Shown here: piece by piece, positions 10,009-20,996 of the stretch
Layout: every line of letters begins with the position of its first letter
How positions within the stretch are numbered: position 1 is the first letter of the stretch
Source of the DNA: Candidatus Limnocylindrales bacterium
Lineage (GTDB): Bacteria > Chloroflexota > Limnocylindria > Limnocylindrales > CSP1-4
Length of the DNA stretch: 64,000 bases
Reading direction: 5' to 3'
NCBI GenBank assembly: GCA_038214255.1
Contig: JBBQRZ010000005.1
Coordinates: 49,289-113,288, forward strand
Program-made: the position numbers and the translations under genes
Notes under the pieces: model-generated
Seen by the model: only the letters and a program-made list of their open reading frames with translations
The model's database searches: none
Told to the model about the DNA's origin: nothing

Positions 10009-10811
10009 CCGACCGACGACCCCGTCCGGTCCGCGTCTCGGGTGTCGAGCTGAGCTTCCCGTCGCGCGACGGCGGCCGGCTGCCGGTCCTCGACGGGGTC
10101 GGGCTCGACATTCCCGGCGGTGGCATCGTCGCCCTCATCGGCCCCAACGGCAGCGGCAAGTCGACGTTGCTGCGCGTCATCGCCGGCCTGCTCCACCCCC
10201 AGGCCGGGGTCGTCACGCTCGGTGACCTCCCGATCGTCGCGCCGGACCCCGCGATCGGGCTCGTGTTCCAGGAGCCGCGACTCCTGCCGTGGCGCTCGGC
10301 CGCGGCGAACATCACCTACCCGCTGGAGCTTGCCGGGTGGCCGCCGGAACGACGAGCGAATCGTCTTGCGGAACTGACCGAGCTGGTCGCCCTCGACCCG
10401 GGTGTCGTCTCGAATCGCCCGGCCGAGCTGTCGGGCGGGACGAGCCAGCGCGTCGCCCTGGCGCGCGCGCTCGCGCTCGAGCCCGAGGTCCTGCTCCTCG
10501 ACGAGCCGTTCAGCGCTCTCGATGCCCTCTCGCGCGAGCGCTTCGACCTGGAGCTCCTGCGCCTGTGGGATCGCGCGGGCACGACGATTGTGCTCGTGAC
10601 CCACAGCATCGCGGAGGCGATCCTCGTCGCGGATCGCGTCGTGGTCCTCTCGCCCCGGCCCGGGCGGGTCGTGGCCGATATCGACGTGGAGCTGGCCCGT
10701 CCGCGGTCGTTGGGCGATCTCGATGCGGCGATCGTGTCACACACCGCCGCCCGAATCCGGGCCCATCTCGGCGACCCCGCCGCAGCCGGCTCGCTGGAGC
10801 TCGCGTCATGA
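10005..10811 (+). CDS. ABC transporter ATP-binding protein (NitT/TauT-like family)
   Basis: C-terminal 268 aa of ORF 8475..10811. Walker A GPNGSGKST, signature LSGGTSQRVALARAL, Walker B LLLDEPFSALD. ATGA overlap with the kinase stop. Confidence 0.9.
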   Translation: MTDRRPRPVRVSGVELSFPSRDGGRLPVLDGVGLDIPGGGIVALIGPNGSGKSTLLRVIAGLLHPQAGVVTLGDLPIVAPDPAIGLVFQEPRLLPWRSAAANITYPLELAGWPPERRANRLAELTELVALDPGVVSNRPAELSGGTSQRVALARALALEPEVLLLDEPFSALDALSRERFDLELLRLWDRAGTTIVLVTHSIAEAILVADRVVVLSPRPGRVVADIDVELARPRSLGDLDAAIVSHTAARIRAHLGDPAAAGSLELAS

Positions 10812-11557
10812 GCCGCGGATCGTTCCTGCCCGTCGTGGGCGCATTCCTCGTCTTCGTCCTCGGGTGGCAGGCCGTCGTCGTGCTGGGCGACTTCCCGCCG
10901 TTCATCCTGCCGGGGCCGGCCGCGGTTGCGGCGAGCTTCGTGACCGGGTGGACCGATGGCACGATCCCGCCCCACCTGGGTGCGACGCTCGTCGAGGTCG
11001 GCCTCGGCTTCGCCGTCGGGGCCGGGCTCGCCCTGGTCGTCGGCTACACGCTCGCGCGCAGCGCGCTCGTCGAGCGGATCCTCTCGCCGTACCTGGTAGC
11101 CGCCCAGGCCACCCCGATCCTCGCCCTCGCGCCGCTCATGGCGCTGTGGTTCGGGCCGGGACTGCTCGGGAAGGTCGTCATCTGCGCCCTCATCGTGTTC
11201 TTCCCGGTCGCCGTCTACACGATGGTCGGGATCCGCGCCGTGGACGCCCGGCTGCTGGAGCTCGGTCGGGCGCTGCGCGCGACCCGTCTCCAGGTGCTGA
11301 CGACCCTCGAGGTTCCGGCGGCGCTGCCGAGCATCTTCGGCGGAATGCGGGTCGGGGTGACGCTGGCGGTCGTCGGCGCGATCGTCGGCGAGTGGGCCGG
11401 AGCGGAGAAGGGCCTCGGCGTGCTCATCAACCTCGCTCGCGGGTCACTGTTCGATATCCCGTTAGTGTTCGCCACGCTGCTGACGATCTCGTTGCTCGGG
11501 ATCGTGCTGTATCTCATCGTCGTCCTCATCGAGCGTCGTCTCGTCGGCGCCCGATAG
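10808..11557 (+). CDS. ABC transporter permease (NitT/TauT-like family)
   Basis: Internal ATG of ORF 10289..11557 in an ATGA overlap. Six hydrophobic segments and an EAA-like loop (LGRALRATRLQVLTTLEVPAALPSIFGG). Confidence 0.85.
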   Translation: MSRGSFLPVVGAFLVFVLGWQAVVVLGDFPPFILPGPAAVAASFVTGWTDGTIPPHLGATLVEVGLGFAVGAGLALVVGYTLARSALVERILSPYLVAAQATPILALAPLMALWFGPGLLGKVVICALIVFFPVAVYTMVGIRAVDARLLELGRALRATRLQVLTTLEVPAALPSIFGGMRVGVTLAVVGAIVGEWAGAEKGLGVLINLARGSLFDIPLVFATLLTISLLGIVLYLIVVLIERRLVGAR

Positions 11558-11567
11558 CCCAGTCACC

Positions 11568-12647
11568 GTGGAGGTTCCCGTGCGGTCACGTTCCCGTCTC
11601 GCGCTTGTCGCTCTCGCCGCCTTGAGCTTGGTGCTGGCCGCGTGCGGCGCGGGGAGCTCGTCGCCGGCGGTATCCGCGTCGGCGCAGACGGGTTCGCCCC
11701 GGGGGTCTGCGGCGTCGAGTGAGCCCAGCCACGAGCCGGTAGCGCTGACCGTCGGTCTGGGCTTCATCCCGAGCGTGCAGTTCGCCCCGTTCTATCTTGC
11801 CGACCAGGCCGGCTACTACACGGACGCCGGGCTGAAGGTCACGTTCCAGAACAAGATCGACCCGGACCTCATCCCCCTCGTCGGCCAGGGCGCGGTCGAC
11901 ATCGGGCTCGCGGACGGGACGAGCGCGATCCCGGCGGTCAGCCGGGGCATCCCGATCCGGTACGTCGCGACGATCTACGGCCAGTTCCCCTCGATCTTGT
12001 TCTCGAAGGCGTCCACCGGGATCACCAAGCCGGCCGACCTCAAGGGCCGCAAGCTCGGGATCCCGGGACGCTTCGGCTCGTCGTGGATCATGCTCCAGGC
12101 GCTGCTCGCCTCGGCGAACCTCACGCCGGGCGACCTCCAGATCATGGAATACCCCGACTTCGGCCAGGGCGCCGCCGTGGCCAAGGGAGCCGTGGACGCC
12201 GCCACGGGCTTCGTCAACAACGAGCCGGTCCAGCTCGAGCTTGCCGGCGAACACGTCTCGATCCTGCGGGTCGACCAGATCACACCACTGCCGGGCAATG
12301 GGCTGATCGTGGGCACCAAGACGCTCGCGGCCAAGCACGACGCCCTCGCGGCGTTCGTGGCGGCGACGCTGCGCGCGATGGCGGAGGTCGAGGCCAATCC
12401 CGAGGTCGGGCTGGACGCCGCCGTCAAGGCGGTCCCCGAGCTCGGCAAGAACCGGGAGACGCAGGCCGCCATCCTTGCCGCGACGATCGACGTGTGGCGT
12501 GGGCCGGTGCAGGAAGCCAATGGCCTCGGCGCGCTCGACCGCGACGGCTGGGCCAAGTCGATCGACTATCTCGGCACGCTCAAGCTCGTCCCGAGGCCGG
12601 TGACAGTCGACGGCATCCTGGACCCGAGCCTGCTGCCGCCGGGCTGA
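11568..12647 (+). CDS. ABC substrate-binding lipoprotein, NMT1/THI5-like fold
   Basis: Lipobox LVLAAC. VGLGFIPSVQFAPFYLADQAGYY and GVDAATGFVNNEP resemble SsuA/ThiY/NMT1-type binding proteins. Confidence 0.75.
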   Translation: MEVPVRSRSRLALVALAALSLVLAACGAGSSSPAVSASAQTGSPRGSAASSEPSHEPVALTVGLGFIPSVQFAPFYLADQAGYYTDAGLKVTFQNKIDPDLIPLVGQGAVDIGLADGTSAIPAVSRGIPIRYVATIYGQFPSILFSKASTGITKPADLKGRKLGIPGRFGSSWIMLQALLASANLTPGDLQIMEYPDFGQGAAVAKGAVDAATGFVNNEPVQLELAGEHVSILRVDQITPLPGNGLIVGTKTLAAKHDALAAFVAATLRAMAEVEANPEVGLDAAVKAVPELGKNRETQAAILAATIDVWRGPVQEANGLGALDRDGWAKSIDYLGTLKLVPRPVTVDGILDPSLLPPG

Positions 12648-12790
12648 AGTCCACCGGCCGCCCGGGGTGATCGGACGGCGCTCACCCGGTGCCAGGAGGC
12701 GCCATTCGAGCGCGATTCGCCCAAATCGGCTATGATCGGGGTCCCCTTCACGCCTCTCGGCGTGCGTTTTCCTTCGTGCAGGAGTCCGCA

Positions 12791-12979
12791 TTGAACAGTC
12801 GCCCGCCTGTCAAACCTGCGCTCACCAACGAACCGTTCAAGCACGTCATCGACGAGTACAAGCACCAGGCCCAGACGATCACCTGCACCTGTGGCTGGCA
12901 CGGCAGCTCGGCGACGATCGATCGCGGCGGATCCGAGTGGACAGCGCACCTCATCGAGGTCCGGGGCAAGAAGCGCTGA
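12791..12979 (+). CDS. small hypothetical protein (62 aa, Cys/His-containing)
   Basis: TTG start 7 nt after AGGAG, in the frame of ORF 12689..12979. A TATGAT -10-like box lies about 60 nt upstream. Contains CTCGWHG ... WTAHL. Followed by a strong hairpin. Confidence 0.45.
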   Translation: MNSRPPVKPALTNEPFKHVIDEYKHQAQTITCTCGWHGSSATIDRGGSEWTAHLIEVRGKKR

Positions 12980-13011
12980 GGCAGCGCGCCGGAGCTTCCC
13001 CGCGACCCGCC

Positions 13012-13040
13012 CGACCCGGATCGAACCGATCCGGGTCGTT
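13012..13040 (+). terminator. intrinsic-terminator-like hairpin (perfect 12-bp stem, 3-nt loop, then TT)
   Basis: CGACCCGGATCG-AAC-CGATCCGGGTCG at 13012..13038, 33 nt after the small ORF stop. Confidence 0.55.
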
Positions 13041-13096
13041 GGATGCCCCGGCCCGCTGAGGCCCGGCCGGGTGGGGCGGCCTGCTAGCCTTCGGCC

Positions 13097-14446
13097 GTGG
13101 AGCCGCCCGTCGACCTGCGCGCATCGCTGCCGGCCAGACCGCCTTTCACCCTTCGCGCCCGGCTGCTGACCCCGCTCGACGACGGGACGTTCCGCCACGA
13201 GGGCGACGGCCTTCTCGACGTCGACGACCGCGGGCGGATCGCCTACGCGGGGCCCGCGAGCGAGCGCACCGAGCTGGCCGCGTCGGCCATCGACCTGCAG
13301 CCCTGGGTCCTGCTGCCGGGGCTCGTCGACCTGCATGCCCACCTCCCGCAACTGCCGAACGCCGGGCTCGGGGCGGGCCTCGACCTGTTGACCTGGCTCG
13401 ACCGGTACATCTTTCCGCTGGAGCGTGGCTTCGACCAGGCGACGGCGGAGCGCACGGCGCCGGCGGCCTGGCGCGCCTTTGCGGCCGCGGGCACGACGAC
13501 GGCCCTCGTCTACGGCGCGGTCTACGCGGCAAGCCTCGACGCGATGTTCCGGGCCGCGGAGACCCACGGGATCCGGGCCATCGTCGGCAAGGTGATGATG
13601 GATCGGGTCACCTACGACCCGACGATCGATCCGACCGTCATCCTCGACCAAAGCCTGCGCGAGAGCGCGGCCCTGATCGAACGGTGGCACGGCGCCGACG
13701 ACGATCGCTTGCGGTACGCCGTCACGCCGCGCTTCGCGGTGTCGTGCACGGCCGATCTCCTGCGCGAATCGGCAGCGCTCGCGAGCGCCACGGGGACGTA
13801 CTGGCAAACGCACCTGTCGGAGGATCGCGGCGAGATCGAGGAGGTCGCGCGGCTCTTCCCCGAGGCAATCGACTACGTTGACGTCTACGATCGCGCCGGC
13901 GGCCTGGGCCCACGGACCGTCCTCGCCCACGCGATCCATCTGTCCGACCGCGAGATCGAACGGCTCGTCGAGACGGGCTCACGGGTCGCGCACTGCCCGA
14001 TCTCTAACCTGTTCCTTGCCTCGGGCGTCATGCCGCTGGGTCGCTACCTGGAGGCCGGGATGTCCATCGGGCTCGGCTCGGATGTCGCCGGCGGCCCCGA
14101 TCTCTCGATCTTCTCCGCGATGCGCACCGGGTTCTATGCCCAGAACGCTCGGTTGGTCGCGGGCCTGGACGCCAAGCCGGTCCTCGATCCGCTCGACTGG
14201 CTGCGGCTCGGAAGCCTGGGCGGGGCGAAGGCGCTCGGGCTCGACGAGGTCACGGGATCCCTCGAGACCGGCAAGGAGGCCGACGTCATCGCCGTCGATC
14301 CCGCGTTCGGCGCCCCGCTACCCGGCATCGTCGACGAGGATCCCGCGGACCTCGTGAGCCGGCTCATCTTTCGAGCCCACCCCGACATGGTCCGCGGCGC
14401 CTGGGTTCGCGGCCGCCGACTGGAGGGCCCGGGGGCGCGTGCCTGA
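13097..14446 (+). CDS. guaD: guanine deaminase (amidohydrolase superfamily)
   Basis: LPGLVDLHAHLPQ ... LLTWLDRYIFPLE and HLSEDRGEIEEV ... AHAIHLSDRE parallel the guanine deaminase HxHxPQ / HxSE motifs. Genomic context is purine catabolism. Confidence 0.8.
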   Translation: MEPPVDLRASLPARPPFTLRARLLTPLDDGTFRHEGDGLLDVDDRGRIAYAGPASERTELAASAIDLQPWVLLPGLVDLHAHLPQLPNAGLGAGLDLLTWLDRYIFPLERGFDQATAERTAPAAWRAFAAAGTTTALVYGAVYAASLDAMFRAAETHGIRAIVGKVMMDRVTYDPTIDPTVILDQSLRESAALIERWHGADDDRLRYAVTPRFAVSCTADLLRESAALASATGTYWQTHLSEDRGEIEEVARLFPEAIDYVDVYDRAGGLGPRTVLAHAIHLSDREIERLVETGSRVAHCPISNLFLASGVMPLGRYLEAGMSIGLGSDVAGGPDLSIFSAMRTGFYAQNARLVAGLDAKPVLDPLDWLRLGSLGGAKALGLDEVTGSLETGKEADVIAVDPAFGAPLPGIVDEDPADLVSRLIFRAHPDMVRGAWVRGRRLEGPGARA

Positions 14447-14454
14447 CAGCGCGG

Positions 14455-14540
14455 CCGGGCTCGCGGGGCCGCCGCGGGCGCTCGGGTCCGCGGCACCTCG
14501 GCGGGGCTCGCGGGGCCGAGGCGGGGCTCGCGGGGCCGCG
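14455..14540. repeat. three copies of a GC-rich motif GG(G)CTCGCGGGGCCG in a convergent intergenic gap
   Basis: Copies at about 14457, 14502 and 14523. They lie between the guaD stop (14446) and the XRE gene stop (14550). Confidence 0.6.
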
Positions 14541-14549
14541 GCGGGCATC

Positions 14550-15242
14550 CTAGATCAGGACGATCCCGTTGGCGGGCGGCGCCTTGCCGGCAGCGAGCGC
14601 GTCCAGGATCGTCCGACAATCCAGCGGGAACGCGCCGACGAGCGCCATGTGGGCCTCTCGCAGGGCGGCCCGATTCGACCGGGTATCCCGGACGAGTAAC
14701 ACGACGACGCCGACCCCGGAGTCGCGTTGTTTCAACGCGATCCGCCGAAGGAGCGCCTGCACGTCACGAAGTCTCGTCTCCGCCTCCAGCGCGACCGGCC
14801 AGGTGTCGCCAGCCGGCGCCGTCGCTCCCGTGATCATGCCGTCCCAGGCGCGGCGATCGCCCGGCGTGGGCAGCGGCACTTCGGTGCGGATGGTCAGCCT
14901 CGGGTCGATGCGAGCCGCAAAGTCCGCGAGCAGCCGCAGGTGGGCAATGTCCCTGAGCGGTTGCGACGTCGGGAAGGCTCGGATGGCGAGCTCCAGTCCC
15001 ACGATCGCAAGGGCCCGGTTGAGGTCCGCGACTGAAGCGCTCGGAGCCTGGCCACGCTCGATGCGACCCACCTTCGAACGCGACATGCCACACCCGGCGC
15101 CGACGGCAGCCTGACTTAGGCCCGCTCCGAGGCGGGCCTGCAGGAGCTCCTCTCCGATCGTCGCCAAGGTTCGACGCGTGGCCCGGTTCGCGACCGCGCT
15201 GCGTCGTTCGGTCGTCGCCATGGGAAGAGGGTGCTGGTTCAC
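14550..15242 (-). CDS. XRE-family HTH transcriptional regulator with a C-terminal domain of unknown function
   Basis: HTH LGAGLSQAAVGAGCGMSRSKVGRIERGQ. The C-terminal ~150 aa carries AWDGMI ... VALEAETRL ... VVVLLVRD. Confidence 0.75.
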   Translation of the reverse strand: MNQHPLPMATTERRSAVANRATRRTLATIGEELLQARLGAGLSQAAVGAGCGMSRSKVGRIERGQAPSASVADLNRALAIVGLELAIRAFPTSQPLRDIAHLRLLADFAARIDPRLTIRTEVPLPTPGDRRAWDGMITGATAPAGDTWPVALEAETRLRDVQALLRRIALKQRDSGVGVVVLLVRDTRSNRAALREAHMALVGAFPLDCRTILDALAAGKAPPANGIVLI

Positions 15243-15519
15243 CCTTATCCGAGGCTCACCGATGGCCCTGCGGCTGTCTGCGAGATGGGGCTGCGGCCTC
15301 GACGTCGATCTGCTCGGCCAGGCCGTTCCGATCGCTCAGCACATGAACAACCGCGACGCGGTCTGTCCGCCGGCGGTTCGTGCCCGCAGATCCTGCTCAC
15401 GTGGTGGAGCTTCAGCGACGAGGAACATACCGCGGGGCCTCCTCCACGTCGGATTCACGAGGTCCGGCTACGGATCCCGACGCCCGCGCCGTCCGCCGCG
15501 TCGCGATCGCTCACCGGGT

Positions 15520-15553
15520 GAGCAGCCAGGCGGACCGAGCAGCCAGGCGGACC
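15520..15553 (+). repeat. perfect tandem 17-bp duplication GAGCAGCCAGGCGGACC x2
   Basis: Copies at 15520..15536 and 15537..15553, ending 16 nt upstream of the ATG at 15570. Confidence 0.9.
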
Positions 15554-15569
15554 GGCTATCGTTCCGGGC

Positions 15570-17165
15570 ATGCCTGACAGGGTCGACATCCTCATCCAGG
15601 GCGGCACGATCGTCGATGGGACCGGCGCGCCAGGGCGCCCCGGGACGGTCATCGTCGAGGGCGAGCGGCTCCGACTGCTCCCTCCCGACATGCCGCTCCC
15701 GGAGCACGCCGGCCGGCGCATCGACGCGACCGACCGAATCGTCGCGCCCGGCTTCATCGACCTCCACAGCCACGGCGGGCTGGTGATCCTGGCCGATCCC
15801 CGGCACGAGCCCAAGGTGCGGCAGGGCGTGACGACCGAGATCGTCGGGGTCGACGGCAACGGTTTCGCGCCGTTCGAGTCGCGCGCGGACCTCGAGGCAT
15901 TCGTCGAGCTCGACTCGGGCCTCGACGGCCGCCCCGACATCGACTACGACTGGTCGACGATGGCGAGCTACCTCGCCCGATACGACGAAACGGTCAGCCT
16001 GAACGTCGGCTCGCTCGTCGGCAATTCGCAGCTCCGGATCGCGGCCCTCGGCTGGAACGACGTGCCGGCGGACGCGCGGTCGCTCGATCGGATGCGCGGG
16101 CTGCTACGCGACGCGATGGGGGATGGCGCCGTCGGCCTGAGCACCGGCCTCGATTACCCGCCGGGCAGCTACGCCACGACCGAGGAGCTTGCGGCCCTGA
16201 CCCGCGAGGCGGCGCGGGCCGGCGGGTTCTACCACAGCCACGTCCGCTACGCGCTCGGCGACCGATATCTCGACCCGTTCAGGGAGGCGATCGAGATCGG
16301 CCGGCGGGCCGAGGGTCCCGCCCACATCACGCACTTCTATCACCGCGAGACCCACCCCGGCGGGCCCGAGCCGCTCCTCGCGCTCGTCGATGACGCCCGG
16401 GCGGAGGGCCTCGACGTCACCTTCGACAGCTATCCCTCCGAATGGGCCAGCACCCGCCTCCTCATCCAGCTGCCCGGCTGGATCCAGGAGGGCGGCCCCG
16501 CGCCCCTCAAGACGCGCCTCGCCGACGCCACGGCCCGCACCCGCCTGCGCGCCGAATTCGGCCAGGCCGCCCACACCCGCCCGGCCGGCTGGGGCGACGT
16601 CCGCCTCGGCGCGTTCCGTCGCCCGGAGCTGCTGCGCTGGGAGAGCCGGTCGGTCGCGGACGTGATGGCCGACACCGGCGACGACGCCGTCGATGTCATC
16701 TGCGACCTCCTCCTCGCCGAGGATCTCGGCGTCAACCAGGTCACGGCGGGCCCGTGGTCGGAGACGCTCCGGCCGTTCATCACCCATCCGATCGGCATGG
16801 TCGGGACCGATTCCACCTTCATCGGGGCCAAGCCCAGCCCGCGGACCTACGGCAGCTTCCCGCGCATCCTCGGCCAGTTCGTGCGTGACGAGGCCCTCCT
16901 CAGCCTCGAGGAGGCGATCCGCAAGATGACCGGCGCCGCGGCGGCCCGGCTCGGGCTCCGCCAGCGAGGATTGCTCCGCGACGGGGCGCTCGCCGACATC
17001 GTCGTGTTCGACCCGGCCGCGGTCCGCTCCAACGCCACCTACGACGAGCCGCGGCGATCTCCCGACGGGATCGAGCAGGTGATCGTGAATGGCGTCAGCG
17101 TCGTGAGCGAGGGGACCCACACCGGCGCGACGCCGGGTCGCGCGATCCGTCTCGGGATCGACTGA
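15570..17165 (+). CDS. D-aminoacylase / N-acyl-D-amino-acid deacylase-family amidohydrolase
   Basis: N-terminal ILIQGGTIVDGTG ... APGFIDLHSHGG metal-binding motif, about 530 aa, C-terminal FDP..V.D.ATYDEP pattern typical of this family. Confidence 0.8.
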   Translation: MPDRVDILIQGGTIVDGTGAPGRPGTVIVEGERLRLLPPDMPLPEHAGRRIDATDRIVAPGFIDLHSHGGLVILADPRHEPKVRQGVTTEIVGVDGNGFAPFESRADLEAFVELDSGLDGRPDIDYDWSTMASYLARYDETVSLNVGSLVGNSQLRIAALGWNDVPADARSLDRMRGLLRDAMGDGAVGLSTGLDYPPGSYATTEELAALTREAARAGGFYHSHVRYALGDRYLDPFREAIEIGRRAEGPAHITHFYHRETHPGGPEPLLALVDDARAEGLDVTFDSYPSEWASTRLLIQLPGWIQEGGPAPLKTRLADATARTRLRAEFGQAAHTRPAGWGDVRLGAFRRPELLRWESRSVADVMADTGDDAVDVICDLLLAEDLGVNQVTAGPWSETLRPFITHPIGMVGTDSTFIGAKPSPRTYGSFPRILGQFVRDEALLSLEEAIRKMTGAAAARLGLRQRGLLRDGALADIVVFDPAAVRSNATYDEPRRSPDGIEQVIVNGVSVVSEGTHTGATPGRAIRLGID

Positions 17166-17199
17166 TTAGCGCCGCCACGGGACGCAGCCGCGAGGTTGA

Positions 17200-17970
17200 T
17201 CAGCCCCTGATCGACCAGGCCGACATCGACTCCGCCGTATCGCCCGATTCGGCGGCGGCGCGGCGGGCGCGCTCGGCGCTCATGCGCTCCGTGGCGAGCC
17301 GCTGGGCATCGGGGAGCGTCGGATCGCCGGTCGTGCCGGCCCAGCCGATCGACATCCCGAGGGCCACGCCGGTCTGCTCGAGCCATTCCTCGCACGCGAC
17401 CCGGATCCGTTCAACGTAGTTGATCGCGCTGATCTCGTCGGTCTCGGCCAGCAGGACCGTGAACCCGCCCGGTGCGAGGCGACCCACGTGGTCGGCGTCG
17501 CGGGCGAGACGGCGGATGATCCCGGCGATGCCGGGGAGCACCCGGCGACCGATGTCGGAGCCGTGCTCCTCCATCGCTCCCCGAAGGCCGTCGAACTCGA
17601 TGACGACGATCGTGGCCGGGTGGTGGTAGCGCCGGACGCGCGAGTCTTCGGTCGCGACCTTGCCGGCCCACGCGGCGGCGTCGAGCAGCGCGCCGAGCGC
17701 CTCGTGGTCCGCGGCCGATTCGGGCAGAGCGACGGGATCGGTGCCGGATTCCGTGTCGATGGCGAACGTTTCGACCTGGGCGTGCCACGCGGGCGTCATC
17801 AGGCCGCGAGGGCTCGGTCGGCTCGACCCGGCCGCGGCGAGGTCGCGCCGCTGACCGGAGCGGCCGGTCACGACGACGATCAAGATGATCGCCAGGTTGA
17901 CGACGATCGCCGTCAGCAGCAGCGGCAGCAGGACGTCTTGCGTGAGTGTCACGGTCGAGATCGGCTCCAC
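17200..17970 (-). CDS. membrane-anchored GGDEF-like domain protein with degenerate active site
   Basis: GTG start at 17970 with GGAGG 11 nt upstream. One TM helix (LLPLLLTAIVVNLAIILIVVVTG). The domain aligns to the GGDEF fold, but the GGDEF position reads APGGF and the DxD-FK position reads EFDGL. Confidence 0.6.
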   Translation of the reverse strand: MEPISTVTLTQDVLLPLLLTAIVVNLAIILIVVVTGRSGQRRDLAAAGSSRPSPRGLMTPAWHAQVETFAIDTESGTDPVALPESAADHEALGALLDAAAWAGKVATEDSRVRRYHHPATIVVIEFDGLRGAMEEHGSDIGRRVLPGIAGIIRRLARDADHVGRLAPGGFTVLLAETDEISAINYVERIRVACEEWLEQTGVALGMSIGWAGTTGDPTLPDAQRLATERMSAERARRAAAESGDTAESMSAWSIRG

Positions 17971-18156
17971 GGATCCAGGCCCTCCAGGGCCATCGACTAT
18001 AGGGCTCGCCCATCGGCTCGCTAGTCCCTTCGCCCACTTCGCGGTGACGACCGGCAACGGTGCGGCAACGGTCCGCCAGCCCTCGCCGGTCGAGGCCAGA
18101 AGCCGCCGCACGGTGGTATCGTCCACACGCCAAGAAGGAGGAACCCCGCCGTCCGC

Positions 18157-20510
<2,354 letters not shown>

Positions 20511-20514
<4 letters not shown>

Positions 20515-20996
20515 CGACCTTCCGCTTCCGCGTCAATGGGGCGCCGGCCGAGGTCGACGTGCCGGGGATGCGCCGCCTGCTCGACGTCCTGCGCGAGGAT
20601 CTGGCCCTGACCGGGACCAAGGAGGGCTGCGGGGAAGGGGAGTGCGGCGCGTGCACGGTCCTCGTCGATGGTGCGCCGGTCGACAGCTGTCTCGTGCCGG
20701 TCTGCCAGGTCGGCGGCACCGAGATCCGGACCGTCGAGGGACTCGCGGCGCCGTCCGCCCCCGGTGATGGCCCCGCAGCGCTCGAGCCGCTGCAGGCCGC
20801 GTTCCTCGAGACCGGCGGCGCCCAGTGCGGGATCTGCACGCCCGGCATGCTCATGGCCGGTCGTGCCTATCTCGACAGCGGCGGCGGGCCGGACGACGCG
20901 GCCATCCGCGAGGCGATCGCCGGCAACCTGTGTCGGTGCACCGGGTACACGAAGATCGTCGAAGCGATCGCGCTCGTGGCGGGTGCCGCTCGATGA
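20511..20996 (+). CDS. xanthine dehydrogenase family [2Fe-2S] small subunit
   Basis: Internal ATG of ORF 20046..20996 in an ATGA overlap. CGEGECGACTV and CGICTPG ... CRCTGY cluster motifs. Confidence 0.9.

Noticed and set aside
17971-18156. A possible purine riboswitch or other leader RNA upstream of the xdh operon.
   Set aside because: I read the 186-bp gap on both strands. I could not find the conserved purine-riboswitch junction sequences or a convincing three-way junction. This would need a covariance-model scan (for example Rfam RF00167) to exclude it formally.
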